DNA of 63,985 nucleotides, the filler included, from Phoronis australis (taxonomy: Eukaryota > Animalia > Phoronida), in NCBI GenBank assembly GCA_002633005.1. It is 7 parts of 7 records of this genome, joined end to end, with 100 filler letters (N's around TTAATTAATTAA, not from the genome) between each part and the next. Parts side by side here need not be neighbours in the genome. Positions count along the whole stretch, not along the records: positions 1 to 9,470 come from NMRA01000690.1; positions 9,571 to 35,825 come from NMRA01001265.1; 5 more parts are not named here. One strand, given 5' to 3'. Every line of letters starts with the position of its first letter. Position 1 is the first letter of the stretch. Below, piece by piece: positions 1-13,060 of the stretch. A program made the position numbers and the translations under genes. The notes under the pieces were generated by a model. That model worked only from the letters and a program-made list of their open reading frames with translations. It had not been told where the DNA came from and ran no database searches.

Positions 1-3000
1 GGATGAGAGAAATTGGGTGAAGTATGACACCACAAAGTTTGGTGGTTTAGGAGATACAAGGGAAGTGTTCTGGGGGGCAAAATGAGGCAATTTCTTGATG
101 TGGAATGAGTCATTTTTGACCAAATGTTCTACTCCAGTTTCTGCTTCAAACAGAATCGTTTCTGAACAATTTTGTTATCACACGATAGGTTCATGACCAA
201 TGTCAGTAAAAACGGCACCGACACTGAAATATCGGTTACCATGGTAACACTGGAATTGTTTCCGTGGAGGTACATTTCCTTCTTGTGAAAAACCAGCAGT
301 AAGTTGTACAATTATAGCGAACCTGCCCCCGCGAGAAAACTAAAAATAATAACATGGACATGTACAAGACTCCATGCCCTTGAAATTAATACAATAAAAA
401 CTTTGTCAGCCCTTCAGGCAGGCTTGGTAATAGGTGTCTGAATTTCACTCTTTTCAGACCGCGTATGTGTATTTGTCATGTTAAACCAGCCACTAGTTGT
501 GCGCCCTTTCTACGCATTAATATGCCGTGGTATGAATACAACAATTAAAAGAATTGGTTTGCTTAAATGTTTTTGATTAATTCTAAGCACACTAGCATTT
601 CCCACTAAAATATGAAATTATACTAAATTTTTCCTCCAACTCGTCTGAATACTAAACTAAAGCTAACAATGCGTTTGTTGAATGATGGCTGACCTAAAGT
701 GCGGGTTTGCGAATTCATCTATTTATCTGGCACTGCCAGTCGCATCGAATGTGATATTTCTACTAATTGCGGAGAGAAACAACTTTGGAAACTCTTGGGA
801 AATGCACAAGGAAAAGAGCGAGACATTTGAGCTCCTTATAAGAGTAAGTAGAGCTGATGTGGAGGTGGAACGTGTCCTCCTGAGAAGTAGTCTGTCTCAG
901 TGTCTGCCTCGGAGACAGCTGTGCAGCAGGAGCTACAGTGTACGTAATCTACCGTATTAGATTCACTGGCCCGAATCATCGTTACAACACTCGAGATATA
1001 TTGGCGTCGCTAAAGACACCGAGTCCTGCTTCGTGTGAGCTTAGGTAGGAATCACTAAACTCCAGGGTCTGGCGCTGAGGAATATTTAGAAGCACGTCAT
1101 TCATTACTTTTATTGACACACCGTGATATTGCTTATAACTTGGGCCTTATTGCTCAATCATATCTTATTCAAATGTGTTGATGTTTATGCAACTACATGT
1201 ATACATTGGCATAGAAAATAGGTAGTCATCATAACTTTTCATAACAACGAGGTGTAACATGACTTCTGCCCATGAACTACTTTTAAAGAGTAGGGAGTAT
1301 GTTATGTCTGCCAATGAACTTCTGCGATTATGAAGTTAATTGAACATGCTAAAGCCGTCAAAAATATTGGTGCCTTCACTTTAGCTTGGTATTCATATTT
1401 TCTGACCCGAAATGGCCACATTAAATTTAATATGTTTAATTTTTTCATTAATACAATTTTAGGAATCAGGAAAGGCTTATGCTGAAGAAGTGGCTTCTGC
1501 TGAAGTTGGAGACCTGCCGATTATCAGTAAAGGTTGGGTATGGAAAAGTTCACAACCAGCAAGAACAACTTAGTGAGGGGTCTAGAGAGAGGCCAAAAAG
1601 TCTACTCCCAGAAGATATGTCAAATTGTAGCTTGAGGAACGAGTCGGGGGGAAAAAGTATTTGCCAAAGATTACTGGCTTATACCACAACAGGTCCTTAG
1701 TAATTTGTTGAGATAGGCCACTCTCACCAAATGTGGGGAAACTGGGACAGAGGAAGTGGATTATGCATTGAAAGAGGCAATCTGCAATTGTCAAGGATGT
1801 AGCATTGTAAAAATTCAAAGGGAGGAAACAGTGCAGTGGCTGGACCTGTAAATACTCTGGCTGATCTGCTAAATTCAGTGGGGGCATTATTGTGTCAGCA
1901 CAGCTGTGTAAGGAAGTAGGCTTGTGTGTTGTCGCAAGCTTTGTTTGCACCAGAACTGCTTGTGTGAACAGCACAAATCTAAAATTTACCTAGACTGAAT
2001 TTTTTTCCAATCACGGATCATGATCCTGGGCCACATGGTAATGGTACATTGTTTAGCCACTGGATTTTTTGGTCTGACAGGATTTCTCAGTGTGGCCATC
2101 ACATTTAGATGATTTCTGACAACTGTACTGTTTCTTTTCCTTGAATATGCGTAATTGATCTGAATTTATGTTTCCGCATTCTATTTACCATTATAGATTT
2201 TTGTTTGTAAATGGGTATATATTGCTGAAATTTGAGCCCCTGTTGCAGTTAGGCTGGTTAACTTATCTTTCTGTCTGGGTTGTAAACCTGCTCATGAAGT
2301 AATAAGTTTTGATTTAAACCATTTACCTCTATAAACTTTGCTAAGTTTGTTCCTTATCCAGATGGGAAGTGATTTCTGGAATTGTAGCGAATTGACAGTT
2401 TGCTATTCCTTGAGACCATGCTGTCTGTATAAAATCACACACTATTAGACTGGTCTCTAGCAATTGCATATTGCCAGATCTTTCAAAGTTCTGAATTTGC
2501 TCAAAAGTGACCTGGAAGTAATACCTATTTCATGATGGTAAAATGTCTAAATCAAAAGTTGTTTTATGTGATTTTAGGCGAGTTTATGTCCACTTCAAAT
2601 GATTTTTTGTTGCAGTACTGAAAAATATTGGCATATTAGCTCTGGTGGCTCCATGTTTTTTTGGCAAATTGACCATTTTATGGTTCCCATGGGTAATTTT
2701 GTTACTGGTCTAGTATGTATGTACAACTGTAATCGTAGGGCAATTGTAATGCAAACCAATTGTTGCAAAAGTATTTTTTTCATGACCATTTCATTGTAAA
2801 ATGCTGCCTAATTGGAACCGACAAGCCAATTTTTCATTTTGTGGTGGTTAGTTTTGATAAGAACATTGATGTGGTAAATACAGCTACCTCAAGTTTGTGA
2901 AAAAGAGATTTCCAGTGTTGTCAGCGATATTGCGAAAGCACTTTTTCGCAGTGAGACTACATCACCTTAAATGTAATTCCCTGACTTTATGGGCTTTGTG

Positions 3001-3913
3001 TGGTTGACTCTGTCCTGTAGCAATTGGAGTGTTGAAAAGATCTAGAAGACAATTTTTCATTGGAGTCGTAACATTTGCACTTTTGACTGTACAGTTGTCT
3101 TTGCATTGTATTACGAAAACATATTTTGTAGTACACAAGTCTCTGGTTGGTATTTTATATTTTTTCACAAGGAATATTTTCAATTTAGATAACTTGTCTT
3201 TGAGGTAGGCAATTTTCAAATAAGATAATGAATAAAATTGTTTTATTTTTTAGATGTGTGATTTTCCAATAAGTGATTACTTTTAAAAAACCTGTGCAGA
3301 ATTTGGTTTTTACTCTTCATTTAAAGAAAAATAAATCCATTGTCTAGAAATTTTACTCAAACTACATATTACAGGGTTGGGTATTGGAATCTTAATACAA
3401 CGGAGTCTGAACCCGTACCATGAGCAATACAACACAATACACTGATACAAAAATTTGGTGTTTAGGTTCCACGGAAAGGATTCGTGTGCGCGGTAATAGT
3501 TACTAAGGTGCGTGGTCATTGTTTGTGGGTATTTTGGGATTTCTCTTCTGTGGTCATCCACGGGAAACCTTGTCGCAAAGAGAACAATAGATTAGCATCT
3601 TCATTGTTCCCGTTGTTATAATAAAGATATAATGAACACTTATCGCCAACGGTCTAACGTACGCAAGGTTCTATATCCATGCGACCTGTGTTGTTATATA
3701 TCCAACAATGACACAACAAAGGAAAACAATGATAGGACCGATAGGCGAAAAACATGCGACGAGTTGACACGGACAGTGGTGGAGTTTGCCTTGTCATTCA
3801 AATGTTTTTAGAGAACTGCAAACCCGGTAATTCGTCAGGAAAATTTCTGCGGTCTTTGGTTTTAAGTCGTGGGAAAAATTGCGGTCATGCCACCAAACTT
3901 ATCATTAATTTGA

Positions 3914-4615
3914 TTTTTTTTTTTATTCTCCCAGTTCAACATAAGTAAGGACAAAGGTCTGGGATTCCCTTGCCTTACTTTACAATTCAATGAAAATAAA
4001 GTTTACTAAGTTAAAATTATACGTGAACCGGATTTTGAAATAGATTTAACAAAAGAAAACAAAAACATACAAGACAATATAGTAGTATATGGCTCTGAAA
4101 AAAAGGAGGGGGAGAGTATTTTGGAATGATAAAATATCCTTACATTGCTATCAGATTATGCATTTGTGACCACCTGTTTGTAAATTTTTCCATTTGTAAA
4201 TTTTTTGAATAAATGTGTTTTTCACTGGAGTAATAACTGTTAATTTCTTTTGTTAATACAATTAAATTTGGAGGTTTACCCTTGAGACGTTGCTTATATA
4301 AATGGAACTTGCTGAGACACAAGATTAAATTTTGAATTGGCTGGCTTCTACATCTGTTTCCAAAGAAAACTGTAAGCACATTTGTACCAAGGGAAATATT
4401 AGTTTTGTTTCTAACCCAACCTTCAACATTGTTCCAAAAATTTTGAACAACATCACATTGCCAGTATAAGTGAAGCAAAGTCTCAGGTTCAGTCTTACAA
4501 AACGTACACAAGGGGGAGTTGGGCCCAATTTTGACAAGGTAAGAGTTACAGCTAATTATCCTATGTGACAGTCTAAATTGAAACCAACGAAGTTATTGAT
4601 ATTAAAATGCATTGC
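3914..4615 (-). mobile_element. 3' end of L1/Tx1-type non-LTR retrotransposon ORF2 with 3' UTR
   Basis: LRWFQFRLSHRII...CTFCKTEPETLLHLYWQC (zf-RVT CCHC-like), frameshifted; A-rich tail at 3914-3923. Confidence 0.8.
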
Positions 4616-5444
4616 ATGAGCATTTGATCAACAGAAAATCCGACTTGAATATGTGTGAAGAAATACCCTTGAAGAAATTGCAAGGTATGACAACTGTAAA
4701 TCAAAATAACCTACATTTGTCGAGTTCATGTCTAACCCTGTTCACTGTGGAGGAGATGATCGGCTTTTCACAAAATGGAGCCATGTATCGTATTTAGGGG
4801 TATTATAGCCCTAAGTGGAAAGTAGTAAAACGTTCAAAACATTCAGAAGGAACTACCTTGTTGCAAAATATCGAAAAACATGAAGAACAATCGGATTTTA
4901 CGGTGCTCACGCATCGAACTTAGATATATGAAAATTTCTAATTTTAGTACATTTGAGGTGCCAAAATGTATAACTAATAAACTGGCTGACAAAGTTTTTA
5001 TTTTATGCAATGAAAGTAACATGTTTTGTCAACATTTTGGCTAAGTTTCATTCTCATTGCAGTGGGGGCAGATTTGGTACAGCAGTGTACTGAACACAAC
5101 CTCAAAATGTCATAACGGGGAGCAGTGTAGTAAAACTACTAAATGAGGGTGGTAAATCGGAATCGTGTTTCAAGACATTTGTGTAACAGTCTATAGGCAC
5201 CACTAAACAATGCCAAGTCAATAATAAATCAATAGCTTTCATTCAAGGGAAAATATAAACAGTTAAAACTGGACAGTTTTTATACCGTGAAAACACGGCT
5301 GCGAAGCCGTAAAATGTGTTTGAGCCTATAAGTTTGGAAAAACGCAATATTTTGATAAAATATTTTACCGCTGTTTATAGATCCCATAGGACTACCCATG
5401 TGCCAAATTTGGTGAAAATCGGTTGACCCCCACCTTGCCGCTGG

Positions 5445-7324
5445 ATGGCTGGTGCTCTCGTGGACTAGTACTTAATCACTGCCACGGAATCACCAGTGAA
5501 GGTGTGAAGATGGATCCTTTGGAATGTAGATAGCTGCTCTCTAAGAATGTCGAAAGCAGCGTGGAAACCCCACTCATAATTTGAGCCTGGTGACGCTGCC
5601 ATGATGTGAAGAACCACCACCTTGTCGCGAACACTCTTGTGACGGCGTCCAAGGCTGGCGAACTCCGAAATCAGGCCTTCCACAAACCGGCGCTGATGCT
5701 TTTCCTTTCCCAAGGCTAATTCAAACCCGATCTCTCCCAGACCGGCAACTTCAGATTCCCGCAAGAGACGGAACAAGGTAATCCTAACATTACCCGAAAA
5801 GTTGGATTCCTGTTTCGGATGCACACCAATGACTGCCTTGAACCCCCGGCGAAGAGCTTTTAGGTACTCCTTGAGTGGATGACGGGAGTACTCCGTTGGG
5901 TCACAAAATACAAGAACACCGCCCAACAGCTTGACTGTGGAGCTTGGTTGCTAGAAGATCGGCAACAGACAGCAGACGACTTCCGCAGACGTTACCTTTA
6001 GACCGATAAGCTGATGTTAGACGATCCATATGAAAATGCGAGGCGACTGCCCCTTCCAAGGTGGAGGTTGAAGATGCCGACGATGACACTGGTTGAGAAG
6101 GTACCAACTGTAGAGGTTCCGACGATGTTGACGGAACTACAAGCCTCTGAAAGCTGGATGGCATAGGTGCAGGTGGAATGTCACATGGTCCATCGACAAA
6201 AGACAATGCCCACACAGAGCGATTCGGCTCGGGGACTCTCGCCATCAACTGCAACACTACAAACCAGTGCATGCAGAGACCCAGGTTGATCAACCTCCCA
6301 CAGAGAACTAAAGGGCTTGAAGGCGTAGGCCACCCCAGAACTTTACAGAAGATCATTACTTGAAGTTCGTCTTCAATGGTTACAGGAGGAACGTGGAGCA
6401 TGCTTCTCATTGGCAGGCCTGCAAAGTCTAGAAGATCTTCATAAAGCTGAAGTTACCTTCCCTCAATTTGCATGAAAAGTGACTTCAGTGCCTGAAACCG
6501 TGCACACTGAAGAGTGGAGGATGACAAGCGCTGAACGGAGTCAACATTGAACACTGACGGTAGGTGATTTGTCTGGCTGTGCTCCCGTAAAATTTCACCC
6601 GTGGCGACTAAACCACAGAAGGGACAAGCGAACTTTACTCGTTCAAGGTTCCCTTTTTAGGAACTGGCTTGATTGTTTTTTTGTGAACTGTAGCAGGTGA
6701 TGTTAATGAGACATCACTGGGATGATCACATGGATTAACATCCTCTGACACGGCATGGGTGCCAGAAGCATCACTCACATCCATATGCTCCGAAGACGCA
6801 GGTGTCTTATTAGACACAACAGGAGTCTCTTGCACGTCATGGGTGCCCTCGGAGAAGGTCACCCGCCAAAGGCGAGGGTTGGTTTTTAGGCGGACATCCG
6901 TACAAGAAAACACAACTTCGGCAACAAAAAGAAAAGTTAGGGCTTGCACCGAGGACACCAATAATCATCCATATCGCGTGCATCATCAGCCGTAACACTA
7001 ACACATTCCCCATGAAACCAATCGTCACAAGAGTCACACTGGATCATGAGGCCACCATGGTCAGGCTGACGACACACACAATACAACTGATCATCAATGT
7101 CAGGAATCTGGTTAACTACGTTCACTATCCGCTGAAGCAACGCAGGTACATGTAGGTCAGCATGGCGAGTTTTACACAGTTCAATACGATCATGGTAAAT
7201 AACTGAGACAGTATTCTTCACCCGAACTCTGTACAGAGCTGGTGTTAAAACTTCAATAATGATACCAGGGAGACGACAATTTTTTACACACGCCCTTAGT
7301 TGAAGCAGAGTCTAAGATAAACAC
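5445..7324 (-). mobile_element. Decayed Gypsy LTR-retrotransposon segment: integrase C-terminal domain, PHD finger, then extra ORF with C2H2 finger and TatD-like nuclease
   Basis: KKLSSPW/PGIIIEVLTPALYRV...YHDRIELC (GPY/F-like, ~7170-7320); PHD YCVCRQPD...MIQCDSCDDWFHGEC...YWCPRC; CPFC...HSQTNH (~6560-6630); TatD motifs SHFHMDRL, IGVHP, GLGEIG, VVLH, IHLHTFTG. Intronless, with frameshifts. Confidence 0.75.
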
Positions 7325-7327
7325 CAG

Positions 7328-7630
7328 GACCCAGTTGCATAAAAGTTATACGCCGTATAGCAACAATGACGTCGCATTATCACGCATCACGTTGTTATTG
7401 TTGAACAATGCACCTGACGTCATGCAACAATCAAACTTATCCAGTGGATAACTTTTAAAGCTTTATGCAACTCAGCCCAGGACCCAGTTGCATAAAAGTT
7501 ATACGCCGTATAGCAACAATGACGTCGCATTATCACGCGTCACGTTGTTATTGTTGAACAATGCACCTGACGACATGCAACAATCAAACTTATCCAGTGG
7601 ATAACTTTTGAAGCTTTATGCAACTCAGCC
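7328..7630. mobile_element. Head-to-tail dimer of a ~150-bp Harbinger-like MITE
   Basis: Units 7328-7477 and 7481-7630; imperfect TIRs GACCCAGTTGCATAAA...TTTATGCAACTCAGCC; flanked/separated by CAG, CAG, CTG. Related copy at ~43469-43665. Confidence 0.7.
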
Positions 7631-9056
7631 CTGATCGCCTGCCTTAAAAACACGTTTAAAAACAGATACATGTACATTTCACACTCTCGGCAGTACACTT
7701 AAATAGTGGTTCCATTGAAAAACAGCACTGTCTGTGGCCTGGCATACTAGTGCCATCACCTAGCGTCAAGTTACCAATGATGTAAACAAACCGGGAACCA
7801 GCATCTTAACTGAATTACCCTTGTGATGTGTCTGAGAGACATGTAACCCGAACATGAGTACCAAAACTCGGGTCACTCGATCTCAAAAGAAAATTTGACA
7901 CTGGCAATGAAAAGTGTTTAAGAAGACGGAAATCTCGAATGCAGTGGTTCAGCCTTTGCCACCGTATAGGGGCGCTACGAAGGAATGTAAGTGATCCCGT
8001 CACTAAGCCTGTGAGGCATACTCTCCGACATCATGGCCATCATAGCAGCCATCGCAATTGGCCTTTGGTTTCATTCAACTGCCTTTTGAATCTTCGACTT
8101 CTTCAGTACACCCAAAATAATTTGGATTATGCCTCCCACGCTCTGATCCATTGACTTCACGCATGGGGATGATTCCGTTGACACACGTCTGACAAGGCCG
8201 CATTTTTTTTCATTTCATTCTTGACAACCGCAATAGCTAAAATTACCTACAAGAATAAGTTTGTAGTTTCGTGGCTTCAAACTGATTTCTAGCTTCATGA
8301 GGCGTCTATGTAGTGATGCGACCGTGCTGTACATGTGCCTTGGTTACATACAGTGTACGTTATTCAGGACGGAGCGTAATTTTTGCTGGCCTGTGTGGTT
8401 GTGAAACCCCTAGAAACCTTTGATTTAGTTGGCCAAAGCGAAAGATAAATTTGAGCACAGAATTTTGCAAAAATCATTATGATGTGGATTTTGAGTATGT
8501 AATGTAACGGGAATCGGTGGAACAACCAGCACCCATCTACTTAGCTTCTTAAATCGATTTTTAGAAGTCGATAAAAATATTTGTCAGTACTTTTTCACTC
8601 GTTCGTATCTCGGCTGAGAACCATGGTGACATCTTAGAGAGACTGAAACAAGAGAGAAGTAGATGAATATACTGAGTTTGTTATGCGCTAAAATAAAACA
8701 CAAATCTAGGAAATTACACTGTACAATAGCTTATGTTGTCATCTCTGCTTTGACAAATAACCCAAAGAATAATAAGCAAGAAAAGTACGCTGAAAAGCGT
8801 TAAAGTTTAATGAAAAGACTTAAAACTCTAGTTAGTTTGGTTTGGATTTCTTTCGGATAGAATCGAGACCCGACAGAATCCGAAGTTTGAGGGTTTGGGT
8901 CCCATTTTTTATAGGCGAGTTTCCACCGCAAATGCCGCCACAGTACCAAATTGCGCTAATAGGGGTCTCAAGTTAAACGTAAAAACCAATCATAATGTAA
9001 AGTGAAAATTTCGTCATCGGAAGTATCAAATAAGGGGATCCACCAACAGACATCCC

Positions 9057-9470
9057 TTTAAAAGGGGACTGTAGTCAAAATAATGTTGCAGTTAATCGGT
9101 TCTAACATACAAATAAAACTCACATTTGCCTGACTTGCGTGCCAAACTAAAGCCAATTCGAATTCATGGTCAAAACACTGAATTCTGAAAGCGATCGCTG
9201 ATTGGCTGATGCGTCAGTGACGTGAACGGCGGGGTATCGGCTGCTTTACACATTCATTGCTTATGTCATATTTGAAGAGTTTACATCGTAATTTATCATT
9301 GTATCAATCGTCCTTATTTTTTATTGTTTGCCACAGTGCTGTAAAAGGTTCGCTATGCCTTTTTGTATGGCACCTGGTTGCTCAAACTCTTCGAAAAAGG
9401 CGTCTTCTAAAGGGATGGTCATCGCATACCATCGCCGGGTTACCCAAGCCTTGGCCCAAAGCTCAGTGTA
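9057..9470 (+). mobile_element. DNA-transposon end with start of a THAP domain, cut by a gap
   Basis: MPFCMAPGCSNSSKK...IAYHR at 9355-9440 resembles a THAP N-terminus; TTAAAAGGGGACTGT end-like sequence at 9057. Confidence 0.45.
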
Positions 9471-9570
9471 NNNNNNNNNNNNNNNNNNNNNNNNNNNNNN
9501 NNNNNNNNNNNNNNTTAATTAATTAANNNNNNNNNNNNNNNNNNNNNNNNNNNNNNNNNNNNNNNNNNNN
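9471..9570. other. Assembly gap linker N-TTAATTAATTAA-N (also 35826-35925, 48629-48728, 54122-54221, 59535-59634, 61735-61834)
   Basis: Identical 100-nt blocks with a six-frame-stop 12-mer; artificial. Confidence 0.97.
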
Positions 9571-10430
9571 TGTGTATTTCTTATGGAGGACTGCTGGCAA
9601 GATTTAGCGCATGCGCAGTAGTGCATGTTACAAATTTCTGGCGTTGCAATTTATTTTTTACATTTATCTCTGTATCTTGGCACATATGCATCTGTTAGTG
9701 GGATGACGCTATATTCCTGGTTTGGGAAGGATTCAAGGTATTTTGCGCCACCTAATAACAATTTTTACTGTTTTTGAGTCTGTTTTTTGGCATCCGCCTC
9801 TCTATCAACCAAACCGCTCTTAAAGATGATTGTAAAAAATAGCATGTATGTTCTTACTATTAAGAGAAAGCCCGACGATGATTTTCTGATTACTCTGGCT
9901 ACTGTGGCACCTCCTAGTGCTAGTTTATTGATGACATGACGCTATCTCCTTGTTTTCGGAATTCTTTGAGGCGTTTTGTGTCACCCAGTGGCCATTTATG
10001 TTTTTCCAATCGTTTTTTTTGGCATCTGCTCCTCTATCAATGTGAAAATTGGAATGTCTGTTCTCAGTATGAAGAGTACTACTGTGGCGCCTCCTAGCAG
10101 CTTTTTGCGCCTGTAGCTGTATGTCCTAAACCTACTGCAGGATCTTAATTAAATTTAGCAAGTGTATTCATATCATGTTGAGAACAGATATTGACAACTT
10201 TCAGGTGCATTGCCTCCTAGAGGCCATTCCATTTTCCGGTCTTCCTTTGTTTCTCTGAAGTTCTTGACAGATTTTTGTCGAAATTGGTAATTACCTCCTA
10301 TTAAAGAAACGATGATATGTTTCTGTTTTCGGATGGACTTGACATATTTTGAGCCATCTGGTGGCCATTTTTATGATACAAATAGACATCGCAAGAAGCA
10401 TGCCGTTTGCGGTGCCCAATTGCTTAGAAA
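9571..10430. repeat. Internally repetitive dispersed repeat (CTACTGTGGCGCCTCCTAG family)
   Basis: Clearly similar to 59635-60400, with recurring sub-units. Confidence 0.75.
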
Positions 10431-10613
10431 TTTTTCCTCTGATATTTTTGTACAATGCTATTGTCTAGTGCTGCTCAACTGGAAGTTGTTTTCAAAATGG
10501 CAGCTCTGATGCATTTTCATCATTTTTCAATAGGGCTTAGGTGCCACAACGGGAAGATTAAATGACGTGAATTTTTTCATGTGAAGTGTCGCTCGTCAGT
10601 CACCTTCCGGCGG

Positions 10614-10739
10614 GGCCTTCCATATTAATATAAAAGGGCCCCCTGTCCGGCCGCCTTTCGGCGACGCCCTCTATATTAATATAAGGGCCCCACTGTTCGA
10701 CCGCCTTTCGGCGAGGCACCTATGTTAATATGGAAGGCC
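10614..10739. mobile_element. Small MITE-like element with terminal inverted repeats
   Basis: GGCCTTCCATATTAAT...GTTAATATGGAAGGCC with a duplicated internal CCGCCTTTCGGCGA. Confidence 0.6.
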
Positions 10740-11259
10740 TCGCTATTGAGGCCCGAAATTCAATTGTTTGCCTATGTCAAATAATTAGGTGTTAATAGAG
10801 AATCCTACACTTGTCTCAGGTTTATGACATGCGCAAAGCCTCTTGGAAATTTCTTCAAAATCTTCTGAGTTCAAAAAACACAAATTCACATTTTGCTGGT
10901 TTCATTTCTACGGGGTTAAAATATATGGCTACACCGTTCTGACTTCTCCGGTGAAGCAGGGTCAACCGGTTAAAGCAATTGGTTGGTTCTTGATGACGAC
11001 TTCCGGCTTTTAAGCCAATCAGATATCTTAACCGGCTACATCGACGATGCCAAACAAGTGCAGTAACATCTTGAGAGTTGTACCCTAAAAAGGTTGTGCA
11101 ATTCATGATTTCTATGACGAAAAATTACTGATTCGTGGATACTGTGTAATGAATAGGTTGTAGTGTGTTTTTATAACATTTACCTTTGTTTCATAGTTGT
11201 TACGATGAAGAATATATGGATAACCTCAATCAACTTGATAAGTTCAATATTTTATTCAC

Positions 11260-11536
11260 TTAGAACAAGGTGTTTTCATTGCGTCCTGTTACATAGCTGC
11301 AACTCATCCCTGGTCCCCTAGTAGGATCCGCAACTTGATCGAACCACAGGTTCTTCATGGGACGAAACTCTGTTTTGGCGTAGTTCAAGGCTATTTCACC
11401 CGTAGGGTCTTCCTCGTGTGTGAATACGTAGTCGTAACCAATATAGAATTTCACAGTTCGGTGATCCCTTGCAAAATCTCTGATACGATCGGTACATCGC
11501 TCGCACGGGGACAGTTGTGTGTACATGTGGATTTCT
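11260..11536 (-). CDS. SNAD-type deaminase gene A, terminal exon, second copy (allele/assembly overlap or alternative exon)
   Basis: 853 bp from the proximal copy, with the same acceptor, stop and AATAAA; four amino-acid differences. Confidence 0.6.
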
Positions 11537-12112
11537 CTGAAATATATCAGGCGCATAACAACTAATATTTCCTGTTCATCTGATTTTAAAAAGAGCGTAC
11601 CGGTGATCTTTTACCGAACACCAGGATTGAGTACTCCAAAATGCACCCTACCTCGCAATTTACAATGTCTTGCAACTTTAACGGTACCACGTTGGTTTCC
11701 ACTTGAAAGTTAGTGNTCTGAGTTCAAAAAACACAAATTCACATTTTGCTGGTTTCATTTCTACGGGGTTAAAATATATGGCTACACCGTTCAGACTTCT
11801 CCGGTGAAGCAGGGTCAACCGGTTAAAGCAATCGGTTGGTTCTTGATGACGACTTCCGGCTTTTAAGCCAATCAGATATCTTAACCGGCTACATCGACGA
11901 TGCCAAACAAGTGCAGTAACATCTTGAGAGTTGTACCCTAAAAAGGTTGTGCAATTCATGATTTCTATGACGAAAAATCACTGATTCGTGGATACTGTGT
12001 AATGAATAGGTTGCAGTATGTTTTTATAACATTTACCTTTGTTTCATAGTTGTTACGATGAAAAATATATGGATAACCTCAATCAACTTGATAAGTTCAA
12101 TATTTTATTCAC

Positions 12113-12389
12113 TTAGAACAAGGTGTTTTCATTGCGTCCTGTTACATAGCTGCAACTCATCCCTGGTCCCCTAGTAGGATCCGCAACTTGATCGAACCAC
12201 AGGTTCTTCATGGGACGAAACTCTGTTTTGGCGTGGTTCAAGGCTATTTCACCCGTAGGGTCTTCATCGTGTGTGAATACGTAGTCGTAACCAATATAGA
12301 ATTTCACAGTTCCGTGATCACTTGCAAAATCTCTGATACGATCGGTACATCGCTCGCACGGGGACAGTTGTGTGTACATGTGGATTTCT
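12113..12389 (-). CDS. SNAD-type deaminase gene A, terminal exon (SPCxxC), proximal copy
   Basis: Acceptor ATATTTCAG|A GAA ATC joins exon 1 in frame (AA+A=Lys), giving DTVKEIHMYTQLSPCERCTD...KFYIGYDYVF. TAA at 12113-12115; AATAAA at 12104-12109. Spliced product ~219 aa. Confidence 0.88.
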
Positions 12390-13060
12390 CTGAAATATAT
12401 CAGGCGCATAACAACTAATATTTCCTGTTCATCTGATTTTAAAAAGAGCGTACCGGTGATCTTTTACCGAACGCCAGGATTGAGTACTCCAAAATGCACC
12501 CTACCTCGCAATTTACAATGTCTTGCAACTTTAACGGTACCACGTTGGTTTCCACTTGAAAGTTAGTGCCTGCGCATTTGAAAAAAATATCATTTCTCCA
12601 CAAGTGCACTTCACATTGGATGCCGCAGATTCATTTCAGTTGCAATTCGTTTCTAGTGATAATCGAGTAAGCTCCATATCTTTTTCCAAATATAGTTGCT
12701 TTTCATTCCCATGATTTTTCGTGACTTACATGTAAGTGATTTAATGATGTTCAAGTACGTTTAAGTTTGGATTGTGAGCCTCAAAAGACTTTCCAGTAGT
12801 CTAAGTAGCAAGACCTCAATTGCTAAGTGGACGGGATCGCTGACCATGCCAAATGACATCAGGTCAGCTCTGTTGCAATAGGCGGATCCAGAGAGGTCAA
12901 AGATGCTCGGCCCTCTCTTTGTTTCTTTGATTTTAGTAATCCAATCTAGAATTGATCAAGTTGTTGACTGTGACCTCCCTACTGAATAATACTTCATCTG
13001 AACCCACCTCGGGATAAAAGTGACGATTTGTGAAGAACATCGACAGCGAAAAGTGAGACA

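Larger units (their letters stand above)
10864..12568. repeat. 853-bp-period near-identical direct duplication joined by a single N
   Basis: 10864-11715 vs 11717-12568, N at 11716, about 11 substitutions counted by eye. Confidence 0.92.

Noticed and set aside
858-1015. Short TGT...ACA segment followed by PBS-like TGGCGTCGCT
   Set aside because: No partner LTR, TSD or internal coding region visible.
1460-3240. Coding-like composition with short ORFs
   Set aside because: Stops in all frames and no identifiable domain; possibly a decayed transposase, but unsupported.
9515-9526. TTAATTAATTAA inside N runs
   Set aside because: Artificial scaffold linker repeated six times.
10855-11959. Duplicated ORF MNCTTFLGY...
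   Set aside because: Repeated only because of the 853-bp duplication; the paralogous flank at ~21 kb has indels and no matching ORF.
11335-12566. Plus-strand ORFs overlapping the deaminase exons (also 14606-14791, 21260-21580, 25301-25594)
   Set aside because: Antisense shadows of the real minus-strand exons.
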